A DNA stretch of 64,000 nt. It comes from an uncultured Acidimicrobiales bacterium (GTDB lineage: Bacteria > Actinomycetota > Acidimicrobiia > Acidimicrobiales > UBA8190). The position numbers were made by a program, and so were the translations under genes. The notes under the pieces were generated by a model. The model searched no databases. It worked only from the letters and a program-made list of their open reading frames with translations, and was not told the DNA's origin. Below are positions 1 through 9,356 of the stretch, piece after piece. The stretch is from the NCBI GenBank assembly GCA_963731665.1, contig CAVSWP010000008.1, positions 807,678-871,677 of the forward strand. Reading direction: 5' to 3'. How positions within the stretch are numbered: position 1 is the stretch's first letter; each line of letters begins with the position of its first letter.

Positions 1-377
1 CCGGGTACCTCGACGACGAGGGGTACCTGTTCCTCCATGATCGGATCAAGGACATGGTGGTCTCCGGAGGGGAGAACATCTATCCCGCCGAGGTGGAGAA
101 CGTGCTGCTCGCCCTGGCGGGTGTGGCCGACGCCGCCGTGATCGGCGTCCCCGACGACCGGTGGGGCGAGACGGTCAAGGCCGTCGTGGTGCTGGCCCGG
201 GGCGCCGATCTCGACGCAGCATCGGTCATTGCGTTCTGTCGGGAGAGGTTGGCTCACTACAAGTGCCCGACGACGGTGGACTTCGTCTCGATCCTCCCCC
301 GCAATCCCTCCGGCAAGGTGCTCAAGCGCGTCCTGCGCGAGCCCTACTGGCGCGACGTCGAACGCCGGATCCACTGA
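1..377 (+). CDS. acyl-CoA/fatty-acid ligase (AMP-binding family), C-terminal part; 5' end lies outside the window
   Basis: Open frame runs from the window edge. DRIKDMVVSGGENIYPAEVENVL and PRNPSGKVLKR are typical of the AMP-binding C-terminal domain. Confidence 0.8.
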   Translation, partial: GYLDDEGYLFLHDRIKDMVVSGGENIYPAEVENVLLALAGVADAAVIGVPDDRWGETVKAVVVLARGADLDAASVIAFCRERLAHYKCPTTVDFVSILPRNPSGKVLKRVLREPYWRDVERRIH

Positions 378-380
378 CCG

Positions 381-1685
381 ATGACCCCGTCGCCCACCCC
401 CGGCCCGTCGACGTCGCGCCAGGAGCTCGACCTCGACGGCGAGCTCCTGGCCGTACTGGGGACACCCGAGGGGCGCGCTGACCCCTATCCCCACTACGCC
501 CGGATGCGGGAGCACGAGCCGGTGTTCCGGTCCTCCATCGGCAGCTGGATCGTGACCCGCTTCGAAGACTGCCAGCAGGTGCTGCGCTCTCCGAAGTTCG
601 GCAAAGGGGCCGACCAGGACGCCACCGCCCGGGAGCGCCTGGCCCGATGGGGAGTCCCCGCCGAGGAGGCCGCCGACTTCCGCGCCTTCTTCGAGCGCCG
701 GCAGTCGATGCTCACGCTCAATCCCCCCGACCACACCCGGCTGCGTGGCCTGGTGGCCCGGGCCTTCACCCCGAACACGGTCGAAGCCTTGCGTCCTCAT
801 GTGGTGGCGCTGTGCGACGGGCTTCTCGACACCGTGGCCGACCGGGCGAGCGGCGGGAAGCCCGTAGACGTCATGCACGAGCTCGCCTTCCCCCTCCCGG
901 TGGCCGTGATCGGGGAGCTGCTCGGCGTGCCGGTCCAGGACCGCACCCAGTTCCAGGCTCTGGTACGCGCCGCCACGGTCATCCTCGAGCCCATGTCCGA
1001 CCTCGAGGACCTTCGAAGGGCGCGTGATGCGAGGGTCACGATGGAGCAGTACTTCGAGGGGCTCATCGCCGAACGGCGGCGGCGACCGACCGACGATCTG
1101 CTGTCGGAGCTCATCGCCGTGTCCGACGGCTCGGACCGACTCACGCAGGACGAAGTGATGTCCACCGCCATCCTGCTCTTCGCGGCGGGCTTCGAGACCA
1201 CGACCAACCTCATCGGCAACGGTCTCTACGCGCTCTTGCGCCACCGTGACCAGCTGACGTTCCTGCGGGACTGGGCCCACGACGTGGGCGCCGTGCACAG
1301 GGCGGTCGAGGAACTGTTGCGGTGGGACAGCCCCGTCCAGCTCGACGTACGGGTGGCACTGCGCGACCTCGAGGTCGCGGGCCGGCCCGTGGCCGACGGG
1401 GAACAGGTCATGACGCTTCTGGGAGCGGCCAACCGCGACCCCCGCCGCTTCCGCGAACCCGACACCCTCCACCTGGGACGCGACGAAGGAGCCCCTCTGA
1501 GCTTCGGGAGCGGGATCCACTACTGCCTGGGGGCGGCACTGGCCCGGCTCGAAGGACAGGTGTGCTTCGGTCGCCTGCTGACCCGGTTCGAAGACGTCGA
1601 GCTCGGCGATGGCGACGTCGCGCATCGCGACTCCATCACGCTCCGGGGCGTGACCCGCCTCCCGGTGATCTTGACGCCGACCTGA
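381..1685 (+). CDS. cytochrome P450
   Basis: 434-aa ORF with the EXXR motif (VEELLRW) and the heme-thiolate loop FGSGIHYCLGAALAR. Confidence 0.9.
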   Translation: MTPSPTPGPSTSRQELDLDGELLAVLGTPEGRADPYPHYARMREHEPVFRSSIGSWIVTRFEDCQQVLRSPKFGKGADQDATARERLARWGVPAEEAADFRAFFERRQSMLTLNPPDHTRLRGLVARAFTPNTVEALRPHVVALCDGLLDTVADRASGGKPVDVMHELAFPLPVAVIGELLGVPVQDRTQFQALVRAATVILEPMSDLEDLRRARDARVTMEQYFEGLIAERRRRPTDDLLSELIAVSDGSDRLTQDEVMSTAILLFAAGFETTTNLIGNGLYALLRHRDQLTFLRDWAHDVGAVHRAVEELLRWDSPVQLDVRVALRDLEVAGRPVADGEQVMTLLGAANRDPRRFREPDTLHLGRDEGAPLSFGSGIHYCLGAALARLEGQVCFGRLLTRFEDVELGDGDVAHRDSITLRGVTRLPVILTPT

Positions 1686-1702
1686 AGGGCCCGGGCGCGG
1701 CG

Positions 1703-2101
1703 TCAGAAGGGAAGCTTGTCTCCTTTGGGCGCGTCCTCGGCCGAACCCAGCGCCCCCGGACCGTCAGGGCCCAGCGCGGCGAGGTCCACGTCGCCGTCGA
1801 CGGCGTCGTCACCGGGGTGCCCGGGGCCGGCGGGACCTGAGGACGCCGCGGCGCGTCCCATCGCCTCGAGCTTGGGAACAAGGTCTTCGACCTGGGCCCG
1901 GGTGCGCCGGATGCGCCGGTCGAGCTCGTCCACGATGGCTGTCGCCCGCTCGAGCCTGGCGACGAGCTGGTCGACGTCGACCTCGCTCCTTTCGAAGAAC
2001 TCCACGATCCCGTCGAGCTCGTGGCTGGCGGCCATGTAGCTGAGCTGCTCCACCGGTTCGGCATCGTCGTCGCTGTGCTCGTCACGTCGGGGTGCGTTCA
2101 T
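1703..2101 (-). CDS. xseB: exodeoxyribonuclease VII small subunit with a long Gly/Asp-rich tail
   Basis: Start overlaps the xseA stop (ATGA coupling). The helical core LDGIVEFFERSEVDVDQLVARLERATAIVDEL is typical of XseB. Confidence 0.75.
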   Translation of the reverse strand: MNAPRRDEHSDDDAEPVEQLSYMAASHELDGIVEFFERSEVDVDQLVARLERATAIVDELDRRIRRTRAQVEDLVPKLEAMGRAAASSGPAGPGHPGDDAVDGDVDLAALGPDGPGALGSAEDAPKGDKLPF

Positions 2102-3462
2102 GTCGCGCCCTCGGTATTCGATCGAAGCTCCGTGGTCTGGACCGTCGAGCGTGCCCTACCGTCGGCGAAGCGCGTGACCAGCATGGCTCCCGGGTCGAGG
2201 TCGGCGACCGATCGCACCAGGTGGCCGTCGGGCCGCAGCGTGATCGTGTAGCCCCGTTCGAGCTGACGCTCGATGTCGTAAGCGGCCAGCAACCGTCTCC
2301 AGTTGGCCGCCCGGTCCTGCTGGCGATCGAGGACGGACAACGCCCGCGGGCCGACGAGGGCGGCCCGGCGCTCCACCGAATCTCCGGCCAACTCGAGCTG
2401 CCGGCGGGTGTTGGTGGCGATCTGGGCCACCCTGCGCTCGAGGCGCTCGGAGTGTCGCGCCAGCTGATTGCGCGTGGCCGCGCCCAGACGTTGACGCGCC
2501 GCCGAGTCATGCAACATCGCCGCGTGCAGCGTGTCGCCGGCACGCTGTCCTACGCGCCCACCGCGGGCCGCCACCGACTCCCACCACTGCCTCACGTGCC
2601 GGACCAGCTCCTGGGCGCACGCCGTCGGCGTGACGAAACTCTTGTTGGCGACGATGTCGGCAACGGACTGGTCCCCGGTGTGCCCGATCCCGGTCCATAG
2701 CGGGACCGGCAGCACGGAGATGGCCCGGGCAACGGGCTCGGAGTCGAAGGCCGCCAGATCGCTGCGAGAGCCGCCGCCGCGCACGAGGACGACCACATCA
2801 CAGTCGGAGCCGGCGGCGGCATCGAGAGCCCTGGCGACCGAGGCCGGGGCCCCGGCCCCCTGGACGTTGGCACGGAACAAGACGACGGAGAAGGCGAGCT
2901 CCGACCCCAGCAGCTGGCCGACGAAGTCGTTGTGGCCCTCGGAGCCGGGGCTGGCTACCAGGCCGATGCGCAGGGGCACGGCGGGCACCACCAGGCCCCG
3001 GTTGCGCTGCAGACGGCCCTCGGTCTCCAGGGCGTGCAGCAGGGCCGCCCGACGCGCCGCCAGCCGGCCGAGCAGCGCCGTGACGTCGACCTCGGATGCG
3101 ATGAAGTTGACCTGCCCCTTCGGGGGATAGAACTCCACCCGGCCGCGCAACGCGACCACCATGCCGGGCTCGAGGACGACGCCCTGGCGCCCGAGCGCAA
3201 GTTTCAACGGTCCCCAGGTCCTGCCCCAGCAGTTGACCTTGAGGACCGGGGTGTCGCGGCCCCGGGCCGAGTCCGGGTCGACGAGATCGAGGTAGCAGTG
3301 GCCGGTCCGGTCGCTGATGCTCTGGATCTCACCTCGCACCCATTGCAGATGGCCCCGCGGGAAGGAGGCCGAGACGGCCGCCTGGACCTGACGGTAGAGC
3401 GCCGCCACCGACAGCGCCTCGGGTTGCTCCTCGAGGGCAAGCCGCTCGGGTTGCGGGTCCAT
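2098..3462 (-). CDS. xseA: exodeoxyribonuclease VII large subunit
   Basis: 454-aa ORF with an N-terminal OB-fold segment (WVRGEIQSISDRTGHCYLDLVD) and core motifs IGLVASPGSEGHNDFV and VVVLVRGGGSRSDL. Confidence 0.9.
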   Translation of the reverse strand: MDPQPERLALEEQPEALSVAALYRQVQAAVSASFPRGHLQWVRGEIQSISDRTGHCYLDLVDPDSARGRDTPVLKVNCWGRTWGPLKLALGRQGVVLEPGMVVALRGRVEFYPPKGQVNFIASEVDVTALLGRLAARRAALLHALETEGRLQRNRGLVVPAVPLRIGLVASPGSEGHNDFVGQLLGSELAFSVVLFRANVQGAGAPASVARALDAAAGSDCDVVVLVRGGGSRSDLAAFDSEPVARAISVLPVPLWTGIGHTGDQSVADIVANKSFVTPTACAQELVRHVRQWWESVAARGGRVGQRAGDTLHAAMLHDSAARQRLGAATRNQLARHSERLERRVAQIATNTRRQLELAGDSVERRAALVGPRALSVLDRQQDRAANWRRLLAAYDIERQLERGYTITLRPDGHLVRSVADLDPGAMLVTRFADGRARSTVQTTELRSNTEGAT

Positions 3463-3555
3463 GGTGCCACCCTATCGAGGGGGATGGTCGCTGACGGCCC
3501 CTTCACATCCGTCGAGGCCCGCCGCGGCGGGGGCCGCACCTGACAGACTGACGGG

Positions 3556-3931
<376 letters not shown>

Positions 3932-3952
3932 ACCTGGTAGGATATCGAGATA

Positions 3953-3972
3953 TCCCAACTACATCCCAACTA
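3953..3972 (+). promoter_or_regulatory. two tandem TCCCAACTA repeats; candidate integrase arm-type sites (left arm)
   Basis: TCCCAACTA occurs at 3953-3961 and 3964-3972. The same 9-mer occurs twice more at 16181-16200 near attR, in the same orientation. Confidence 0.4.
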
Positions 3973-3987
3973 CCGGGAGGGAATCCG

Positions 3988-5163
3988 ATGACCGGCACGC
4001 TGCGGGAGCTGCCCAAGTCCAAGAGCGGCGAGAGGCGGTGGGAGCTACGTGTTTTCGTGGGTCGCGGGCCCGCACCTGGGGGCGTGAACCCGAAGACGGG
4101 CAAGCCTCGCCAGGGCCCGGTGCTCCACCGCTCCAAGGTCGTCAAGGGCGTCGGCATTCGCGAAGCGCGACACGCGCTCACCGCTTTCGTGAGCGAGGTC
4201 GGAACCGAGAACAACACCGGGACGCGCGCCACCTTCTCGAAGCTCCTCGATGACTGGCTCGCCAGCCTGCCGCGGCTGGGCAAGGCCCGCTCCACCATCG
4301 AGCGCTACACCAACGATGTGAAGACGCACATCAAACCGGCGCTCGGGCTGATCCGACTCGACAAGCTGACAGCCCACGATCTCGACAATTACTTTGCGGC
4401 CCTCGAGGCCAAGGGTCTGGCGGCGTCGACCATCCGCCTCAATCACGCCATCGTTTCGGCGGCGCTGACCCAAGGCGTCAAGTGGAAGTGGATTCCGAGC
4501 AACCCCGCCAAGGACGCCAGCCTCGCTGACAAGGTCACGACGAAGACGAAGGCTCTGACCGTCGACCAGATCCGCACCCTCTACACCAAGGCGCTCGAGG
4601 ACGACGAGGACATGGCGGTGACCATCGTCCTGGCCGCGCTCACTGGCTGCAGGCGTGGGGAACTATGCGGGCTCAAGTGGGGCGACGTCGATTGGGAGAA
4701 AGCGAGTCTCACGGTGGAGCGCCAGTGGGTGCCGGGGAAGGGTGGCCAGCATCTCACGGCCACCACAAAGACGGGCAACGGCAGAACCGTGTTCGTGGGT
4801 GCACTGGGGCTCGAGCTCCTCAAGCGCTACCAAGCCGCCAAAACCGAGTTGGTGGGCCATGAACCGACTGGCTGGCTGCTGAGCGCCGATGGTGGGACCA
4901 CGCCCCTACGGGCCAAAGGTGTGAGTGCCTATGTTGTGGCTTTGGGGAAGAAGGTGAAGGTGCCCGTGGTCTTCCACACCCTTCGCCATTTTGCCGCCAC
5001 CGAGCTCGTCCACGCCGGGGTCGACCTGCCCACGGCCGCGCGACAGCTTGGCCACTCCCCCGCCGTGATGGCCGGAACCTACTTGCACACCTCCGACGAG
5101 CGCGGTGCGGCGGCCGGGGAACTGATCGCTGCGGTGATCGGGAAGGCGCTCGAGCCGAAATGA
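3988..5163 (+). CDS. tyrosine-type site-specific integrase
   Basis: ATG follows GGGAGGG. The C-terminal catalytic region is HTLRHFAATELVHAGVDLPTAARQLGHSPAVMAGTYLH (R..H-x-x-R..Y), and LRRGELCGLKWGDVD is also present. The track ORF start at 3868 would overlap rnpB, so it was trimmed. Confidence 0.9.
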   Translation: MTGTLRELPKSKSGERRWELRVFVGRGPAPGGVNPKTGKPRQGPVLHRSKVVKGVGIREARHALTAFVSEVGTENNTGTRATFSKLLDDWLASLPRLGKARSTIERYTNDVKTHIKPALGLIRLDKLTAHDLDNYFAALEAKGLAASTIRLNHAIVSAALTQGVKWKWIPSNPAKDASLADKVTTKTKALTVDQIRTLYTKALEDDEDMAVTIVLAALTGCRRGELCGLKWGDVDWEKASLTVERQWVPGKGGQHLTATTKTGNGRTVFVGALGLELLKRYQAAKTELVGHEPTGWLLSADGGTTPLRAKGVSAYVVALGKKVKVPVVFHTLRHFAATELVHAGVDLPTAARQLGHSPAVMAGTYLHTSDERGAAAGELIAAVIGKALEPK

Positions 5164-5181
5164 AGGATCGAAGCTAACTAA

Positions 5182-5757
5182 TTACGAGCGCCGGCCGCCA
5201 CCCCATGATGCGAACGACGACACACGCCTAAAGGACGTTCTTAGAACCTCGTCCCAGTCCTCCCGCGCTGGTTCGACCCCGTGTTCTTGGATGAGGAATC
5301 GCAGAACGTCTTCATAGAAGACGCGCCCCGTTGGGATGTGGAGTTTGCCCAGACCGTGAAACTCAGGGTCGGCACGCCGCAAGTGCAGATGGGGGTAGAT
5401 CGGTTCCACGGAGGCCCATTCCCACGAGTAGAGCTGCGGCTTCAGCGCGTCCGACTCACCAACGGTGTGGGCGTAGTAGTGAGTCGACGCCTTGCGCTCG
5501 GGTGACTCGAACCGCATGTCGTCGACATATGAGTATTCGAGAGTCGAGCGGAGATACAGCGTGGGCGCAGCAGTCCGAAGAGGGATGCTTGTGGGATTCG
5601 TGAAGGCGGCGAAAACGCCGGCACCTCGAGGGGTTATGAACCAGACCGCTTCCCTGCTCACAGTCGAAAGCGAACGGTTCAGGACCCCGAGGAGGCGACC
5701 CTTCGCCTGAGCGTCAGTGCGAGCAGGTTCCCGGTCAGCAGGTGTGTAATTCGACAC
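5182..5757 (-). CDS. hypothetical protein (int-proximal, antisense to the main element operon)
   Basis: Open frame with good coding character. The GTG at 5757 overlaps the upstream small gene by 23 nt. No motif recognised. Confidence 0.45.
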   Translation of the reverse strand: MSNYTPADREPARTDAQAKGRLLGVLNRSLSTVSREAVWFITPRGAGVFAAFTNPTSIPLRTAAPTLYLRSTLEYSYVDDMRFESPERKASTHYYAHTVGESDALKPQLYSWEWASVEPIYPHLHLRRADPEFHGLGKLHIPTGRVFYEDVLRFLIQEHGVEPAREDWDEVLRTSFRRVSSFASWGGGRRS

Positions 5758-5947
5758 CCGCCAGCAGGGCGATGTGGACGACCATCGGGTCCTCCTCCGG
5801 AAGTGCGTCAGCCGCGGCGCGACTCCGGAACTCCTCAATCGACATGTCTAGGTACTTCCGGGCCTGCTCATCGGCGAACCGTTCGGCCTCTTCCGGGGTC
5901 AGCTCGTCTCGACCCTCTTCTACCGCCTGAGAGAGTGCTGCGCTCAT
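5735..5947 (-). CDS. small acidic hypothetical protein (70 aa)
   Basis: ORF with an acidic helical composition (DELTPEEAERFADEQARKYLDMSIEEFRSRAA). It overlaps the downstream gene, which suggests an operon. Confidence 0.45.
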   Translation of the reverse strand: MSAALSQAVEEGRDELTPEEAERFADEQARKYLDMSIEEFRSRAAADALPEEDPMVVHIALLAGVELHTC

Positions 5948-6050
5948 GGCTCTTGCACCTCCTCCCTTCGACTCTAGCTAGGTGCTCATCCAATGGTACG
6001 GAGGGGGTGTAAGAAGGGGCTAGATAGTTGCATTGGACAAGAGATCCCTC

Positions 6051-6479
6051 TCACGGGAGACGAGCTCGCTTCCTGCCAGCACTTCCTGTCTCGGTTGCCA
6101 ACGCCTCGAGCTTGGCGGTTCCGTACTCCCGGTCAAAGGCGCGGCAGCGGGCACACCGGACTCGGAGCCGATCGGTGCTCGGACCGGTCGTGGTCGTCGC
6201 CGGTATCCCTGTCACCCAGGCCCCGTCGGGTAGCAGGAGCGGAACCGGTGGGCGCGTCATCGTGACAATCCGTCCGCACGGTGTGACGGTGGTCGCGAAG
6301 TAACGGGTATCGCGGGCGAATTCCAAGGCCAACGAGCCATCGGGCCCGTAGGTCGTTCCGACGCTCCGGATAAAGCGCACCGCAGGGTGCCCACATTTGG
6401 GGCAAGCCAATTGGACATAGTCGGGTGGCGGACGATTCCACGTGAGTCGAGGTTGGGCGTTGACAGGGAGGGCCACCAC
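6051..6479 (-). CDS. hypothetical protein with a possible zinc ribbon (CPKC ... CARC)
   Basis: 142-aa ORF with two CxxC pairs. No other recognisable motif. Confidence 0.4.
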   Translation of the reverse strand: MVALPVNAQPRLTWNRPPPDYVQLACPKCGHPAVRFIRSVGTTYGPDGSLALEFARDTRYFATTVTPCGRIVTMTRPPVPLLLPDGAWVTGIPATTTTGPSTDRLRVRCARCRAFDREYGTAKLEALATETGSAGRKRARLP

Positions 6480-6615
6480 CGGCCATCATAGACGCTGACA
6501 GACTTGTAACTACCGCGCTGCAACTCTTCTTGCAGTCAACGGTCGGAACGGCGGCCCTTCCGCAGCACCCGCCACAGGATCACCCGTAGCACGGTGGTCC
6601 CGAAGGGTGCTGGCC

Positions 6616-6813
6616 ATGCCGGAACTGCCAACCGATCGGCCCTGGACGCTTAACGAGGCTGCCTCCTACCTAAGAGAGAGCCCGCGCACGACCCGGCGGC
6701 GAGCTGCCCGCGGGGACCTCGAGGTAATCCGACCACCTGGGTCCCGAAAGATGCTGTTCGACCCTGCCTCCGTACGTCGGTTCCTTGACGATGCCCGGGT
6801 GGTGGCGCCGTGA
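6616..6813 (+). CDS. excisionase-family / MerR-like HTH DNA-binding protein
   Basis: LNEAASYLRESPRTTRRRAARGDLEVIRPPGSRKMLFDPASVRRFL matches the HTH_17/excisionase pattern. GAAGGG lies upstream of the ATG. Confidence 0.65.
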   Translation: MPELPTDRPWTLNEAASYLRESPRTTRRRAARGDLEVIRPPGSRKMLFDPASVRRFLDDARVVAP

Positions 6814-6995
6814 GCATCACGCCGCTGCCTGGCTGGCGGACACTCCCTCAACTCGCTCAAGCGGTTGGCATTTCCGAGTGGAAGCTTCGCGAGGAAGCCA
6901 AGGCCGGTCGGCTCCGGGTGCGTCGCGTTGGCAGATGCGCCCGGGTGCTCGACGAGGACGCCGCCGCGTGGATGCGCGGGCAGGCGACACCGTGA
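6810..6995 (+). CDS. excisionase-family HTH DNA-binding protein (second copy)
   Basis: LPQLAQAVGISEWKLREEAKAGRLRVRRVGRCARVLDEDAAAWM. The GTG start overlaps the previous stop. Confidence 0.65.
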   Translation: MSITPLPGWRTLPQLAQAVGISEWKLREEAKAGRLRVRRVGRCARVLDEDAAAWMRGQATP

Positions 6996-7942
6996 GCGCC
7001 GACCTCGAGGACCGCATCGGCCCCATTGTCGAGCGCGTGCTGATTGTGGAGTTGCTCGCCGAACGCGGCCACGAACCAACCAAGCGCCAGGGAATGACGT
7101 GGACCTATCACTGTCCACTGCCCGGTCACCTTGACACGAATCCGTCGTTTACCGTGAAGGACGCCAAGTGGCGATGCTGGTCAATCTGCGGGTGCGGTGG
7201 GGACGTGGTTGACCTCGTTATGGCCCTCGACGGCATCAACAGCGCCACTGCCATCGAACAACTGGCTGCGCGGATCGGGCTCGGGCGCGAACCGCGCCCA
7301 CAGGCCCGTGGTCTGAGTCCGGAGAAGGAAAGCGCACTACTTGAGAGTTTCACCGCTAACCGCCAATGGGAGCCCGACGCGGTCGCCGGCGCTGGGCTAT
7401 CGGTCGTGCTGGACGATTTCGGTCGCCCAAGGATTAGATTTCCCTATCGCATCAAGGGCCGCAAGGTCTGGCACCAGGATCGGGCTATCGGATCGGCGGA
7501 GCCGAAATGGCTTGCTCCAAAGGACTCAAGGCGTTTGCTCTACAACGCCGACTCGATCACGCTGGCGGGTCAACGCGGCGGGTGCTGGCTCCTTGAGGGA
7601 CCGTGCGACGTGCTCGCACTTCAGAGCACCTACGAGGCGCCCGCGGCGTTGGGCATTCCAGGAGTTGAAGGTTTTCGCCCCGATTGGGTGGCCGCATTCG
7701 CCGATCTGCAAGGCGTTTTCCTGGTGGCCGACAACGATCCCGCGGGCGAAAAGCTACGGGCGCAGCTAGACGCCCTGTTCGCTCCTTTGACAACGCCGCT
7801 GCTCCATGTGCGGGTTCCCGAGTCGTATAACGACCTCGACGAATGGCGCCGCGGTGCTGGCGCGGATAACGATCAGTTCGACGACGAGCTGCTGGCCGCT
7901 GTCATCGTCGCACAGGCTGAACGGGATCGGATCGACCGATGA
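6992..7942 (+). CDS. DNA primase (CHC2 zinc finger + Toprim)
   Basis: CHC2 finger YHCPLPGHLDTNPSFTVKDAKWRCWSICGCGGDVVDL, plus Toprim-like LLEGPCDVLAL and FLVADNDPAGE. The GTG start overlaps the previous stop, so the track start at 6785 was trimmed. Confidence 0.8.
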   Translation: MSADLEDRIGPIVERVLIVELLAERGHEPTKRQGMTWTYHCPLPGHLDTNPSFTVKDAKWRCWSICGCGGDVVDLVMALDGINSATAIEQLAARIGLGREPRPQARGLSPEKESALLESFTANRQWEPDAVAGAGLSVVLDDFGRPRIRFPYRIKGRKVWHQDRAIGSAEPKWLAPKDSRRLLYNADSITLAGQRGGCWLLEGPCDVLALQSTYEAPAALGIPGVEGFRPDWVAAFADLQGVFLVADNDPAGEKLRAQLDALFAPLTTPLLHVRVPESYNDLDEWRRGAGADNDQFDDELLAAVIVAQAERDRIDR

Positions 7943-8922
7943 GTGAACCGCGGCTAGATGTGCTCGGCGCGGCACCTGTGGGGATGAATGGGCACACCGA
8001 TGAGACTTTCGGACCCATCATCACGGCGGCCGACATCGGCATCATGCCGATTGACTGGCCATCGTTCTGGGCGCAGGAGGTGCCCGAAGAGGACTACGTG
8101 ATCTCGCCGATTGTGCCGGCCGGTCGGCAAACCGGGATCTACAGCGTCGCCAAGACGGGAAAGAGTCTGCTCGCGCTCGACATCAGCGCGGCAGGCGCCA
8201 CAGGACGCTCCATCCTCGGGCAACCACCATCGGCACCGATAGATGTGGTGTACCTCGACCTTGAGATGACCGAGGCCGACTTCCGCGAACGCCTGCCGGA
8301 CCTCGGTTATGGCCCGGACGACGACCTGACGCGGCTGCACTACTTCCAGCTTCCGGCGTTGCCTCCACTGGACACGGACCTCGGTGGCGAGACCGTCCTC
8401 TCGATCTGCACGGAGCGCACGGCCAGCGTCCTGATCGTCGACACCATGGCTCGAGCCGTGCGCGGCGAGGAGAATTCCGCCGACACGTATCGCAACTTCT
8501 ACGCGAGCACTGGGCGTCGGCTCAAGGCCGCAGGGATTGCCCTGCTGCGGCTCGACCACCAGGGCAAGGACCCCGCTCTCGGCCAGCGAGGCTCATCGGC
8601 GAAGGTCGACGACGTGGACGTGGTTTTCAAGATGACCACCGTTGACCGCACCCGTATCCAGCTCACCCGCACCCACAGCCGCGTGCCGTGGGTGCCCGCC
8701 GAGATCGCCATAGATCGTCTCGAGGAGCCAACCCTGCGGCACGTCCTGGCCGGTGATTCATGGCCCGCTGGGACCTCGGACGTGGCGCTGCTGCTCGACG
8801 AGCTCGACGTGGCACTCGACGCCACGGTGGTTGCGGCCGCATCGGCCCTCAGGACCGCTGGCACGGGCAAGCGCAAGGCGTTGGTGATGGCAGCGCTCAA
8901 GTTCAGGAGGACACGTCCATGA
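7939..8922 (+). CDS. RecA-like P-loop ATPase (RepA / DnaB-C-terminal-like, AAA_25 type)
   Basis: Walker A SVAKTGKSLL and Walker B VLIVDTMARAV, plus LLRLDHQGKD. Translationally coupled to the primase. Confidence 0.7.
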   Translation: MSEPRLDVLGAAPVGMNGHTDETFGPIITAADIGIMPIDWPSFWAQEVPEEDYVISPIVPAGRQTGIYSVAKTGKSLLALDISAAGATGRSILGQPPSAPIDVVYLDLEMTEADFRERLPDLGYGPDDDLTRLHYFQLPALPPLDTDLGGETVLSICTERTASVLIVDTMARAVRGEENSADTYRNFYASTGRRLKAAGIALLRLDHQGKDPALGQRGSSAKVDDVDVVFKMTTVDRTRIQLTRTHSRVPWVPAEIAIDRLEEPTLRHVLAGDSWPAGTSDVALLLDELDVALDATVVAAASALRTAGTGKRKALVMAALKFRRTRP

Positions 8923-8932
8923 GGCCCGAAAA

Positions 8933-9097
8933 GGTTCCCGGAACCGTCGCCGCGGGGTCGGTGGGAACCGGACAGGGAACTGGTTCCCATGGGGCCAAGA
9001 GACTGCCCGAAGCCCTGCCTAGGTCGGTTCCCGGAACCGTTGGGAACCGTCGTCGGGGCACCACGGGAACCGGTACCCCGTCTTTAGACGGGAACCG
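8933..9097. repeat. iteron-like cluster of GGGAACCG / CGGTTCCC motifs; candidate replication origin
   Basis: Ten half-sites lie within 165 bp. Palindromic pairs are at 8933-8946, 8975-8988 and 9025-9039; single sites are at 8963, 9042, 9065 and 9090. Confidence 0.5.
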
Positions 9098-9158
9098 GGC
9101 CCGGAGCCGAGAAACGCTCGAGGACAAGGGTCAGAGACTCTTATCCACCGGCGCGGTG

Positions 9159-9356
9159 ATGGTGCTGTTCGCCGACGAGCTTCACATCGTCGCTCGGGTC
9201 AGAGGCGACGCTGGTGTCTACGACACCGAGTGGAGTCGATGGTCGGGGTGGTCGTGTACGTGTCCCAACCTCCACCGCTGTAGCCACCAGGCGGCGGTCG
9301 CCTCGGTCACCACAAAGCCCCTGCTTCATGCCGTCGTGGGTGGTGGTGCCCCGTGA
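9159..9356 (+). CDS. SWIM zinc-finger protein (alternative in-frame start at 8919)
   Basis: WSCTCPNLHRCSHQAAV fits the SWIM CxCxnCxH signature. The upstream in-frame part is low-complexity sequence encoded by the repeat cluster. Confidence 0.55.
   Translation: MVLFADELHIVARVRGDAGVYDTEWSRWSGWSCTCPNLHRCSHQAAVASVTTKPLLHAVVGGGAP

Noticed and set aside
8760-9158. Upstream extension of the SWIM ORF (track start 8760, or the ATG at 8919).
   Set aside because: 8760-8918 overlaps the ATPase gene out of frame. 8919-9158 is low-complexity sequence dictated by the GGGAACCG repeats. It is kept only as an alternative start.
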